Below are positions 1 through 8,147 of a DNA stretch of 64,000 bases, piece by piece. The notes under the pieces were generated by a model. That model saw only the letters and a program-made list of their open reading frames with translations, had not been told where the DNA came from and ran no database searches. The translations under genes and the position numbers were made by a program. The first letter of the stretch is position 1. Every line of letters starts with the position of its first letter. This stretch comes from an uncultured virus (IMG/VR IMGVR_UViG_3300042540_000426) (lineage: Duplodnaviria > Heunggongvirae > Uroviricota > Caudoviricetes). The stretch lies in the IMG/VR virus record IMGVR_UViG_3300042540_000426; one strand, given 5' to 3'.

Positions 1-51
1 CCGCTTGATGCGGAAACAGGCTGTAACAAACGATATGGAGAAGCAAAATGA
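1..51 (+). CDS. 3' end (partial) of probable family A DNA polymerase
   Basis: Frame 1 reads PLDAETGCNKRYGEAK*, resembling the C-terminus of phage PolA; its TGA overlaps the next ATG (ATGA) and replication genes follow. Confidence 0.6.
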   Translation, partial: PLDAETGCNKRYGEAK

Positions 52-353
52 TGCCAATACCCAAAGAAGTAACGGTCGGTAAGACCAAAATCAAGATCAA
101 TCAACCAACGTCGCTTATGGTACGCGGTAAACCATGCAGAGGTTGTTTTTGTCGCTCAGACAACAGCATTGATGTAGCAAGAAAAGATATACAAGGCAAC
201 TTCTTCAGTAGAGAAGAGCGCAGAGAAACGTTTTGGCATGAGATTACTCACGCCATACTGCACGACATGAAGAACAAACTAAGCTACGACGAGAAGTTTG
301 TAACCGCCTTCTCTCAGCGTTTAGACCAAATCGTCAAGACTGCGAGGTTCTGA
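48..353 (+). CDS. small HExxH zinc-metallopeptidase-like protein
   Basis: TFWHEITHAILH motif; translationally coupled at both ends. Confidence 0.65.
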   Translation: MMPIPKEVTVGKTKIKINQPTSLMVRGKPCRGCFCRSDNSIDVARKDIQGNFFSREERRETFWHEITHAILHDMKNKLSYDEKFVTAFSQRLDQIVKTARF

Positions 354-1015
354 TGAAAATTAAATGGTCGCACTCAGGGCTTAAAGACTTCGAGGGTTGT
401 GCAAGACGTTACCACGAAGTTAAGGTTCTTAAGAACTACCCGTTCACAGACACTACGCACACTATCTACGGCAAGCAAGTGCATGAAGCGGCTGAACTAT
501 ACGTACGTGATAGCGTACCATTACCCCCTGAGTTTGACTATATGCAACCCACCCTAGACGCACTGCTTAAGAAGACAGGGCGCAAACTGACCGAGCACGA
601 GATGGGGCTTAAGGAGGATTTGTCGCCTTGCAGTTTTAACGATGCAGGTGTGTGGGTGCGTGGCATAGCTGACTTGCTAATCATTGACGACGATGGGCTC
701 AAAGCTAGAGTGGTGGACTACAAGACAGGCAACGACAAATACCCTGACCGCGACCAGTTAACCCTGATGTCTTTGATGGTGTTTGCCCACTTCCCCCACA
801 TCCGTCAAGTGAACTCGGCTCTGCTATTCGTTGTAAAGAACTCGATGGTCACACAAGTGATGACCGTAGAAGAGAAAGACGAGCATTGGTGGCGCTATCG
901 GGAGAGGGTAGCCAAGCTTGCTGCTTCGTACGACAATAATGTTTGGAACCCTACGCAAACGCCTTTATGCGGTTGGTGTCCTGTCAAGACATGTGAATTT
1001 AACCCCAAGCACTAG
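353..1015 (+). CDS. Cas4/RecB-like PD-(D/E)XK exonuclease
   Basis: RGIADLL...VVDYKTG catalytic motifs; N-terminal Cys (EGCARRY) plus C-terminal CGWCPVKTC give a 4-Cys Fe-S pattern. Confidence 0.85.
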   Translation: MKIKWSHSGLKDFEGCARRYHEVKVLKNYPFTDTTHTIYGKQVHEAAELYVRDSVPLPPEFDYMQPTLDALLKKTGRKLTEHEMGLKEDLSPCSFNDAGVWVRGIADLLIIDDDGLKARVVDYKTGNDKYPDRDQLTLMSLMVFAHFPHIRQVNSALLFVVKNSMVTQVMTVEEKDEHWWRYRERVAKLAASYDNNVWNPTQTPLCGWCPVKTCEFNPKH

Positions 1016-1024
1016 GAGAACAAA

Positions 1025-1282
1025 ATGGCAACAAAACGCAACTACGCACAAGAATACGCAAACTACGACGGCACCGAAAAGGTAAAGAAGAAGCGCGCGC
1101 AACGCAACAAAGCAAGACGTATGCTTGAGCGTGAAGGTGTGGTACACAAAGGCGACGGCAAAGACGTTGACCATAAGAAACCGCTAAGCAAGGGTGGCAC
1201 AACAGTTCGCTCTAATTTAAAAGCCGTACCCGCATCAGCAAACCGCTCATACAAGCGCACGTCAAAGGGGGCAATCAAATAA
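1025..1282 (+). CDS. HNH endonuclease-like protein
   Basis: DVDHKKPLSKGG...SNL...ANRS motif; SD AGGAG upstream. Confidence 0.8.
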   Translation: MATKRNYAQEYANYDGTEKVKKKRAQRNKARRMLEREGVVHKGDGKDVDHKKPLSKGGTTVRSNLKAVPASANRSYKRTSKGAIK

Positions 1283-1665
1283 TGGGCATATCAGACGAAG
1301 ACTATGCAAAGGCTCTTAATGAACACTACCAACAACAAGCACAAGCAATAATAAGGGAACAAGAGAAACAACGAATGATGGGGGCACACACAACCACAGG
1401 AGCACTGCATTACCCAGCACAACAAGCAACCATAGGTATTAAACCGTTGCGAGAACAAGACCTAAAGCATGACGCTATGCAAGCGCCGTTAAGTTCGTTG
1501 GCTGATATGTGGACAATGCGTTGGGATAACCAGTGGGTCAACGAAACTGAGTTTATGGACGATGACTTTTGGAGGCTTGCATTAATTCGCTTGCTTGGCG
1601 CTAACAAATTAGAAAAACATAACTTAGTAAACCAGTATCACGCGGTTTACAGAATCATCACTTAA
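1282..1665 (+). CDS. hypothetical protein
   Basis: 127-aa ORF coupled to neighbours (TAATG overlap). Confidence 0.7.
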   Translation: MGISDEDYAKALNEHYQQQAQAIIREQEKQRMMGAHTTTGALHYPAQQATIGIKPLREQDLKHDAMQAPLSSLADMWTMRWDNQWVNETEFMDDDFWRLALIRLLGANKLEKHNLVNQYHAVYRIIT

Positions 1666-1666
1666 C

Positions 1667-3226
1667 ATGCAGATCATAGAAAACAAAGCGTTGTTATTTA
1701 AGACACGCAATCCTGAGAAATACAGCATCATCCCCCGCCACAAGATTGTTAGCGAGAGCAACGGCACATACGAAGTAGCGGTGCACTGGGGGTTAGATGA
1801 AGTGCGCGTGCTTCGCAACCTAGGTGTGAAGAACCCCCCATCGCCCATCACCGCCAAGTACAACTGGCCCGGACGCTTCAAACCATTTGTTCACCAAGTC
1901 GATACATCATCGTTCTTGACAATGAATCGCAGAGCGTTTGTGTTTAACGACCCCGGAACTGGCAAAACGTTCTCAGCATTATGGGCGGCTGACTATCTGA
2001 TGAATCTTGGGCAGGTGCGTAGGTGTTTGATTCTATGCCCCCTGTCTATCATGCACGACGCATGGATTAGCAGTATAGGCAAGAGCGTCATTCATCGCTC
2101 AGTTATCGCGGCTCATCACGTCCAAGCAACACGTCGTATAGAAATGGTGCAAGGTGACTACGAGTTTGTGGTGGTTAACTACGATGGATTGAACCTAATT
2201 GCAGAAGAGATTATTAACGATGGTCGCTTTGATTTAGTTATCGTGGACGAAGCAAACGCATACAAGAACGTAAGCACCAAACGTTGGAAGTCGCTCAACA
2301 AGATATTAAAGCCTGACACCATGCTTTGGATGATGACTGGCACTCCTGCATCACAGTCGCCTGTCGATGCTTACGGCTTGGCTAAGTTAGTGAATCCTAA
2401 CGGCGTACCCAAGTTTGCTACTGCATGGCAAGATAAAGTCATGGCTAAAGTCAGCAAGTTCAAGTGGCTACCCAAACCCAATGCGCAACAAGAAGTGTAC
2501 AACGCGTTGCAACCCGCAATTCGATACACCAAAGAGGAATGTACCGACCTACCGCCTGTGCTTACCGAGACCCGCGAAATACCTTTGACTGCACAACAAG
2601 TTAAGTATTACCGCTTGCTCAAAGACAAGATGGTGCTACAAGCCGCAGGCGAAACAATCACAGCAGTAAACGCCGCGGCGGGTGTATCAAAGCTACTTCA
2701 AATCTCTGCGGGAGCGGCTTACACAGATGAGAAAGAGGTAGTTGAGTTTGACTGCGCGCCTAGGCTGAACGTGCTACTTGAAGTTCTTGAAGAGACTAGC
2801 CGTAAGGTTATTATCTTTGCACCGTTTAGGCACAGCATTGAAACGATTTCTACTTTCTTGCAAAGACACAACGTAGATTGTGAAGTGGTGCATGGCGACG
2901 TTGGGGTCAACAAGCGCACAGATATTTTCAAGCGCTTCCAAACTACTGATAAGCCACGCGTTTTAGTAATTCAACCGCAAGCGGCATCACATGGTGTAAC
3001 ATTAACTGCGGCTGATACTGTAATATTCTACGGACCAGTTATGTCTGTAGAGACGTACTTGCAGTGTATTGCACGAGCAGATCGTATTGGGCAAACCAGC
3101 ACAAACGTAACGGTGATACACTTACAAGGTAGTGAAATAGAAAAACGAATGTTTGCACAACTTGAGAAGCGTGTCGAAGGACATGACCTCTTGTTGAGTC
3201 TGTATAGGGAAGAAATTAGTTCTTAG
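1667..3226 (+). CDS. SNF2-family (SF2) helicase
   Basis: Walker A DPGTGKT, Walker B VIVDEAN, motif III MTGTP, C-terminal HGVTLT and QCIARADRIGQ. Confidence 0.92.
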   Translation: MQIIENKALLFKTRNPEKYSIIPRHKIVSESNGTYEVAVHWGLDEVRVLRNLGVKNPPSPITAKYNWPGRFKPFVHQVDTSSFLTMNRRAFVFNDPGTGKTFSALWAADYLMNLGQVRRCLILCPLSIMHDAWISSIGKSVIHRSVIAAHHVQATRRIEMVQGDYEFVVVNYDGLNLIAEEIINDGRFDLVIVDEANAYKNVSTKRWKSLNKILKPDTMLWMMTGTPASQSPVDAYGLAKLVNPNGVPKFATAWQDKVMAKVSKFKWLPKPNAQQEVYNALQPAIRYTKEECTDLPPVLTETREIPLTAQQVKYYRLLKDKMVLQAAGETITAVNAAAGVSKLLQISAGAAYTDEKEVVEFDCAPRLNVLLEVLEETSRKVIIFAPFRHSIETISTFLQRHNVDCEVVHGDVGVNKRTDIFKRFQTTDKPRVLVIQPQAASHGVTLTAADTVIFYGPVMSVETYLQCIARADRIGQTSTNVTVIHLQGSEIEKRMFAQLEKRVEGHDLLLSLYREEISS

Positions 3227-3243
3227 TGAAAACCCTATTTCAG

Positions 3244-3280
3244 TTGTAACGTCGTCTCTATAGGTGTAAAATATTTTACA
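3244..3280 (+). promoter_or_regulatory. sigma70-like promoter overlapped by a perfect 16-bp palindrome
   Basis: TTGTAA (3244-3249), 17-bp spacer, TAAAAT (3267-3272); TGTAAAATATTTTACA at 3265-3280. Confidence 0.6.
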
Positions 3281-3293
3281 AAGGAGCATATAA

Positions 3294-3704
3294 ATGCCAA
3301 ACGAAGATGAAGTAATACCGCTAGATAAACTAGCGCGTGTGTATCGCAAGATATATACAAAAGTTCAAGAACTGACTCAAGAGTACGAGAGCCAAATCGA
3401 AGAGCTTAAAGCCAAACAAGATGAGATCAAGAACGCCATGAAGGATCAAATGATGGCGCTTGGAACTAACTCGGTGCGTACGCCCGAGGGCACAATCATC
3501 TTGTCTCAAAAGACTCGCTACTATACAGACGACTGGGATTCATTCAAGACGTTTGTCGTGGAGCATGACGCGTTGGATTTGTTTGAGAAGCGCATAGCGC
3601 AGAAGAACATGGCAACGTTCTTGGAAGAGAACCCCGGTGTAGTTCCTGCGGGTTTGAATTCAATGTCTGAGTATGCAGTAACTGTTCGTAAACCAACTAA
3701 ATGA
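3294..3704 (+). CDS. coiled-coil replication-module protein
   Basis: SD AAGGAG; N-terminal coiled coil; lies between helicase and SSB-like gene. Confidence 0.75.
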   Translation: MPNEDEVIPLDKLARVYRKIYTKVQELTQEYESQIEELKAKQDEIKNAMKDQMMALGTNSVRTPEGTIILSQKTRYYTDDWDSFKTFVVEHDALDLFEKRIAQKNMATFLEENPGVVPAGLNSMSEYAVTVRKPTK

Positions 3705-3714
3705 AGGAAACATC

Positions 3715-4614
3715 ATGGGCGAAATAGCCAAATTTAATCCTGCACAAGTACCCGCCTTTGCTCGCAAAGGTGAATTATCCGATCTTGCCAAAAGCCTTGC
3801 AGGTGGCGTAGGCATAAACAGCAAACGCATTTCTATCAAGGGCGGTGTATTCCGCTTGATGGCTGACGGTAAAGAGATTACATCAATCGACGACCGCCAC
3901 CTTGATGTTGTGATTGTTAATGCAGCACCAAAAATCAGCCGTACATTCTATGCAGGCACATACGAAGAAGGCGTCAACAAAGCGCCTGACTGTTGGTCTG
4001 CTGATGGTGAGAAACCTGATGCAAGCGTTGAAGAGCCACAAGCTAGTGACTGCGCATCATGCCCAATGAACGTTAAAGGTTCGGGTCAAGGTGATTCCAA
4101 AGCCTGCCGTTTCTCTCAGCGTCTTGCAGTGGTTCTTGCCAACGACATTGGTGGTGATGTAATGCAGTTGACTTTAGCGGCTACATCAATCTTTGGTAAA
4201 GAAGAAGGCGACAAGCGCCCACTACAAGCGTACGCACGTTACCTTGCGGCACAGAATGTTAGCCCTGAGATGCTTGTTACACGCTTACGTTTTGATACCA
4301 AGGCGGCAGTACCCAAGTTGTTCTTCCAACCAGTGCGTTACTTAGAAGAAGACGAGTATGCAACGGTAATTGAGAAGGGTCAGTCTGTAAGCGCTAAAAA
4401 CGCAATCACAATGTCTGTATCCAAGCCTGCTGACAAGCCACTACAACTTGAAGGTGCAAAGCCTGCGGCTAAAGCCAAGGTAGCGCAAGTTGAGGTTGAG
4501 ACTGACGATGTTGACGAGCCTGAGAAACGCAAGCCAGCTACAAAGCCAAACGCTGTTCCGCAGAAAAAAGCCAGTAGCTTAGCCTCTACCGTTGAGGAGT
4601 GGGATGATGAATAA
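3715..4614 (+). CDS. putative ssDNA-binding/annealing protein
   Basis: Acidic-aromatic C-terminal tail (EEWDDE) after a low-complexity linker; CWSADG...CASCP...C; replication context. Confidence 0.6.
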   Translation: MGEIAKFNPAQVPAFARKGELSDLAKSLAGGVGINSKRISIKGGVFRLMADGKEITSIDDRHLDVVIVNAAPKISRTFYAGTYEEGVNKAPDCWSADGEKPDASVEEPQASDCASCPMNVKGSGQGDSKACRFSQRLAVVLANDIGGDVMQLTLAATSIFGKEEGDKRPLQAYARYLAAQNVSPEMLVTRLRFDTKAAVPKLFFQPVRYLEEDEYATVIEKGQSVSAKNAITMSVSKPADKPLQLEGAKPAAKAKVAQVEVETDDVDEPEKRKPATKPNAVPQKKASSLASTVEEWDDE

Positions 4615-4762
4615 GCTGATTCTTGGAGTTGTTTTATCATTAACCGCTCTCTCGGTTTACGCACAATGCAGAACTTCAACAATCATGACGCCTGATGGCA
4701 GAATGGTCGTCTGTACAACGTGTTGTGACCAATGGGGTAATTGCAACAGTACTTGTTTTTAA
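4607..4762 (+). CDS. 51-aa secreted cysteine-rich peptide (missing from ORF track)
   Basis: SD GAGGAG at 4594-4599; MNKLILGVVLSLTALSVYA|QCRTSTIMTPDGRMVVCTTCCDQWGNCNSTCF, a signal peptide plus six Cys. Confidence 0.75.
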   Translation: MNKLILGVVLSLTALSVYAQCRTSTIMTPDGRMVVCTTCCDQWGNCNSTCF

Positions 4763-4766
4763 GGAC

Positions 4767-4782
4767 GGGGGCGCAAGCCCCC
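4767..4782 (+). promoter_or_regulatory. GNRA-tetraloop hairpin
   Basis: GGGGGC-GCAA-GCCCCC with no U-tract, 8 nt before the HTH start codon. Confidence 0.5.
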
Positions 4783-4790
4783 AAACAAAC

Positions 4791-5054
4791 ATGGCTTATT
4801 CAGAAGAAATCAAACAAGCAACAAAACAAGCGCCTAAGTCTTTGGGAAACCAACTTGGGCGGTGGGCTATTCATCTAGACTTCCCAGTCATTGAGATAGC
4901 CAAATTTACAGGCGCAACAAGGCAAACGGTATACAACTGGTTTAAGGGTAGCGAAGTAACGCCCTCATACAGAAATAGCGTAAGTTCTTTGTTGAACATT
5001 TTATCCACAAGTCATTCAGCAGAAGAGGCACTCAGAAAATGCATACGCAAATAA
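4791..5054 (+). CDS. HTH (Cro/XRE-like) DNA-binding protein; start moved to ATG 4791
   Basis: VIEIAKFTGATRQTVYNWFKG helix-turn-helix; the upstream part of the track ORF overlaps the Cys peptide gene. Confidence 0.75.
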   Translation: MAYSEEIKQATKQAPKSLGNQLGRWAIHLDFPVIEIAKFTGATRQTVYNWFKGSEVTPSYRNSVSSLLNILSTSHSAEEALRKCIRK

Positions 5055-5122
5055 ACCCTACGTCACTATCTAAAACCGAATGGCACTTAACTAAACGTAT
5101 CAAATAACTCAAGGGGTATCAC

Positions 5123-7972
5123 ATGGCGTCGCAGGAATTCCTAGCGACTGTGCTACCGTCTTCGGGTCTGTATTGCACCGTTGAAATAAGCACAGCAAAA
5201 AGAGAGCACGTGTTTGTCGACACAATCGACGAACTGTATAGTGCTGCCATGGCGTTTGACGCAAAGGGATACAACGCATTTTTCGCGCTTGCATCGTTTA
5301 GTGCCAAAGAACGTAAGGCAGAATCGGCAGTAAAAATTAAGTCGCTGTTTTTGGATATTGATTGCGGAGAAGGAAAAGAGTATCCCAACAAAGCTGAGGC
5401 AGCTAAGGCATTAGATTCATTTATAACAGAAAGCGGACTTGCTTCGCTAGGCTCTCCTTGGATTGTTTCAAGCGGGGGTGGGCTACATGTCTATTGGCCT
5501 TTCACCGAAGAAGTAACCATTGAAGCTTGGAAACCTGTTGCAGAGAACCTCAAACGGCTTTGCAGAAAGCAGGGCTTTAAGATTGATGCCGCAGTTACGG
5601 GCGATGCGGCTAGGGTGCTACGGGTGCCTGATACGCACAACTACAAACAAGAGAAGCCACGCAAGGTAACGATCAAGCATAAAGGCGACGTGTTTGATTT
5701 TGAGACGCTTTCTACGACCCTGAGAGACCTAATCGGGCAGTCGGCATACGAAACCATAGCGCCTTTGCAAATCCCCGGCAAACGCCCCAAAGCCCCTCCA
5801 ACAGCCAATAGCGTAAAGCTAATAGAGAACAGCATTACATTCTTTAAAACTATCGGCGATAAGTGCGGGCAGATCAATTATTACCGTGAGAACGCTACCA
5901 AAGACGGCATGGAACCCCTGTGGCGTGGCATCCTCAGCATAGCTAAATATTGCGACGATGGAGAAGAGGCAGGCTTGGCAATCTCAGCCATGCACCCTTA
6001 CGAGATCGACCGCCATATGGAGAAGTGGAACGCTATCAAGGGTCCGTATGGGTGTCTTAAGTTTGACGAAGCTAACCCCGGCATCTGCGAGAAGTGCCCA
6101 CACTTTAGCAAGATTACCAACCCACTAGCCCTAGGCAGAGAAATTAAGGTTGATAACGCTCCCAAGGAAGTCGTTGTGGAGAAGGCTGAAGATACACCAG
6201 AAGCTGAGGCAAAAACCATAACCCGCCCCACACCGCCCAAGAATTTCAGCTACGGCGCTAACGGTGGTGTCTTTATGGACAAGCTACTGGACGACGAGGA
6301 CGGCAAGAAATCGCGCAAACAAGTCATGCTACTACCTTACGATCTGTTTGCGGTGGACATTCTTAACAACGAGGGCGATCACTTGGTGCATATGATTGCT
6401 ATGCGCCCCGAAGGAGCTATTGATATATTGCTTCCTCAGAAATCTGTTGTCAGTAAAGATGAAACGGTTAAGGCTTTGGCTAATCAGAACATCATCGCCT
6501 CGTATGGTTCAGGTAACGACAAGAATCTGTTTGAGTATGTGCGTGGTTGCGTAGAGTTTGTAAGCGCCAACAAGCGTGCAATCAAGGTGCCCACTAACTG
6601 CGGGTGGCAAGAAGACAAGTCGTTTGTATACAACAGCACCGTGTACTATCAAGGCGGCAAGGAAGTGTATGTACCGACCCCTGCTTTGGACAACATCAAC
6701 AAGGCGACCAAGCCAACCGGCACCGTAGAGAACTGGCGCAAGGTCTTCAACATGCTGATTGCTAAAGAAGAGTGGCAATTGTTAGCCATGGCGCTTGTCG
6801 GGCCGGCATCCTTGCTTATGGACTTTACCAAGTTCAACGGTTGCGTTTACCACCTAGGTTCTTCGGAATCCGGCACAGGTAAGTCGTTGACCCTTGAGTT
6901 AGCGGCTAGTTTCTTCGGGCACCCTGAGCGCTACCGTGTAACCCAAAGCACATCTATCGTTGCGTCGCAACAACGCCAAGGTTTGCTCAACAGTCTGCCG
7001 TTCATTATTGACGAGACCACCAGTAAGAGCCGTGACGACTTCGAGTGGCTACCTGAGTTCCTGCTTGACTTAACGCAGGGTAAAGGCAAAGACCGCATGA
7101 AGCAAGGCACCAACGAGGAGCGTATCAATAACTCTACTTGGCAACTGCTTGTGCTTCTCTCATCCAACACCCACGTCATGGACTACCTGTCAGGCGCGCG
7201 TAAGCATGCGTCTCAGGGCGAGATGTTCCGTCTGCTTGAGTTAAAGATGAACCGCAAGCTAAGGTGGGCGCCTGATGAAGCCAAAACTTTGGGTCTTCTC
7301 AAGGACAACTACGGCGTGGTTGGTCGGGAACTAATCAAGTGGCTTGTGGCTAATCGTGAAACCGCTAGAAAGCTTTACCTTGAGGTGCATGAGCGCGTAA
7401 AGGAAGAGTTCCAAGCTAACGACGATGAGCGCTATTGGACTGCGGGTAACGCTTGTATCATCACCATGATTCAGTTACTCGGTAAAAAGCATGCCAACCT
7501 GATTGACATACCGATTGGTCCGATTGTTGATGTATTAAAAGGTATGGTAGTAAGCGCCCGTTCCACAATATATGGTAGTCAAAGAAGTGCCGAAGACATT
7601 CTTAACGCTTACACCCGTGAGCACTACGGCAAATTTGTGGTTGTCAAAATGGTGGATGGTACGTTAAAAGCTACCCTTGGCGACGATGGTAAGATTGACC
7701 AATCTATTACTCGAACTAATGTAGCCGGTCGAGTTGAGCATGGGTTTACGCCGGGGCACGTCAACTACTACATTGAGATTCAACTAATCAAGGCGCACTG
7801 CGTAGCTATGAGTTATGGCTACTCGGACTTCAAAGAGCAGCTTGAGAAACTACCAAACTTTAAGGTAGATACATGTAAACCAAACATGCTGTCTAGAACG
7901 CGTGGTCCGGAAATGCGTGTCAATGCTTTAAGAATATGTCGCCCAATTACAGAAGACGATGAGGAAAATTAA
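5123..7972 (+). CDS. primase-helicase (AEP/RepB-like primase plus DUF927-like P-loop helicase)
   Basis: LFLDIDCG and SSGGGLHVYW primase motifs; CEKCPH; Walker A GSSESGTGKS and Walker B IIDE. Confidence 0.88.
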   Translation: MASQEFLATVLPSSGLYCTVEISTAKREHVFVDTIDELYSAAMAFDAKGYNAFFALASFSAKERKAESAVKIKSLFLDIDCGEGKEYPNKAEAAKALDSFITESGLASLGSPWIVSSGGGLHVYWPFTEEVTIEAWKPVAENLKRLCRKQGFKIDAAVTGDAARVLRVPDTHNYKQEKPRKVTIKHKGDVFDFETLSTTLRDLIGQSAYETIAPLQIPGKRPKAPPTANSVKLIENSITFFKTIGDKCGQINYYRENATKDGMEPLWRGILSIAKYCDDGEEAGLAISAMHPYEIDRHMEKWNAIKGPYGCLKFDEANPGICEKCPHFSKITNPLALGREIKVDNAPKEVVVEKAEDTPEAEAKTITRPTPPKNFSYGANGGVFMDKLLDDEDGKKSRKQVMLLPYDLFAVDILNNEGDHLVHMIAMRPEGAIDILLPQKSVVSKDETVKALANQNIIASYGSGNDKNLFEYVRGCVEFVSANKRAIKVPTNCGWQEDKSFVYNSTVYYQGGKEVYVPTPALDNINKATKPTGTVENWRKVFNMLIAKEEWQLLAMALVGPASLLMDFTKFNGCVYHLGSSESGTGKSLTLELAASFFGHPERYRVTQSTSIVASQQRQGLLNSLPFIIDETTSKSRDDFEWLPEFLLDLTQGKGKDRMKQGTNEERINNSTWQLLVLLSSNTHVMDYLSGARKHASQGEMFRLLELKMNRKLRWAPDEAKTLGLLKDNYGVVGRELIKWLVANRETARKLYLEVHERVKEEFQANDDERYWTAGNACIITMIQLLGKKHANLIDIPIGPIVDVLKGMVVSARSTIYGSQRSAEDILNAYTREHYGKFVVVKMVDGTLKATLGDDGKIDQSITRTNVAGRVEHGFTPGHVNYYIEIQLIKAHCVAMSYGYSDFKEQLEKLPNFKVDTCKPNMLSRTRGPEMRVNALRICRPITEDDEEN

Positions 7973-8147
7973 GGTGCATTACCCTTGGGTTAACACCCCC
8001 GTCAAGGGGGCTTTTTTTGTGCCAACGCTAAAGCTAGCAGAGACTAGAGAAGAAGGGCTCAAAGCCGCCATACATAGCGGCATCATTGGCAAAGCCGAGT
8101 TTGGTGTACAAAACGGCAAGATCGGGGTGCTATTTAAGAGGGTTTAG
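7959..8147 (+). CDS. small hypothetical protein, last gene of the + block
   Basis: 62-aa ORF overlapping the primase end and converging with the giant gene. Confidence 0.6.
   Translation: MRKIKVHYPWVNTPVKGAFFVPTLKLAETREEGLKAAIHSGIIGKAEFGVQNGKIGVLFKRV
7996..8018 (+). terminator. intrinsic terminator-like hairpin
   Basis: CCCCC-GTCAA-GGGGG-C-TTTTTTT just after the primase, inside the small ORF. Confidence 0.5.

Noticed and set aside
353..1015. Cas4-like nuclease as evidence of CRISPR-Cas
   Set aside because: No array or other cas genes; solo Cas4-like exonucleases are usual in phage replication modules
1025..1282. HNH gene as a homing element or intron
   Set aside because: Short, free-standing and coupled within the operon; no interrupted gene or intron structure seen
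2245..2260. DEAN in place of DEAH in the helicase as a sign of inactivation
   Set aside because: The catalytic DE and the other motifs are intact; this position varies in phage SNF2 proteins
4695..4790. N-terminal extension of the HTH ORF in the track
   Set aside because: It overlaps the Cys-rich peptide gene and a hairpin; ATG 4791 is the better start
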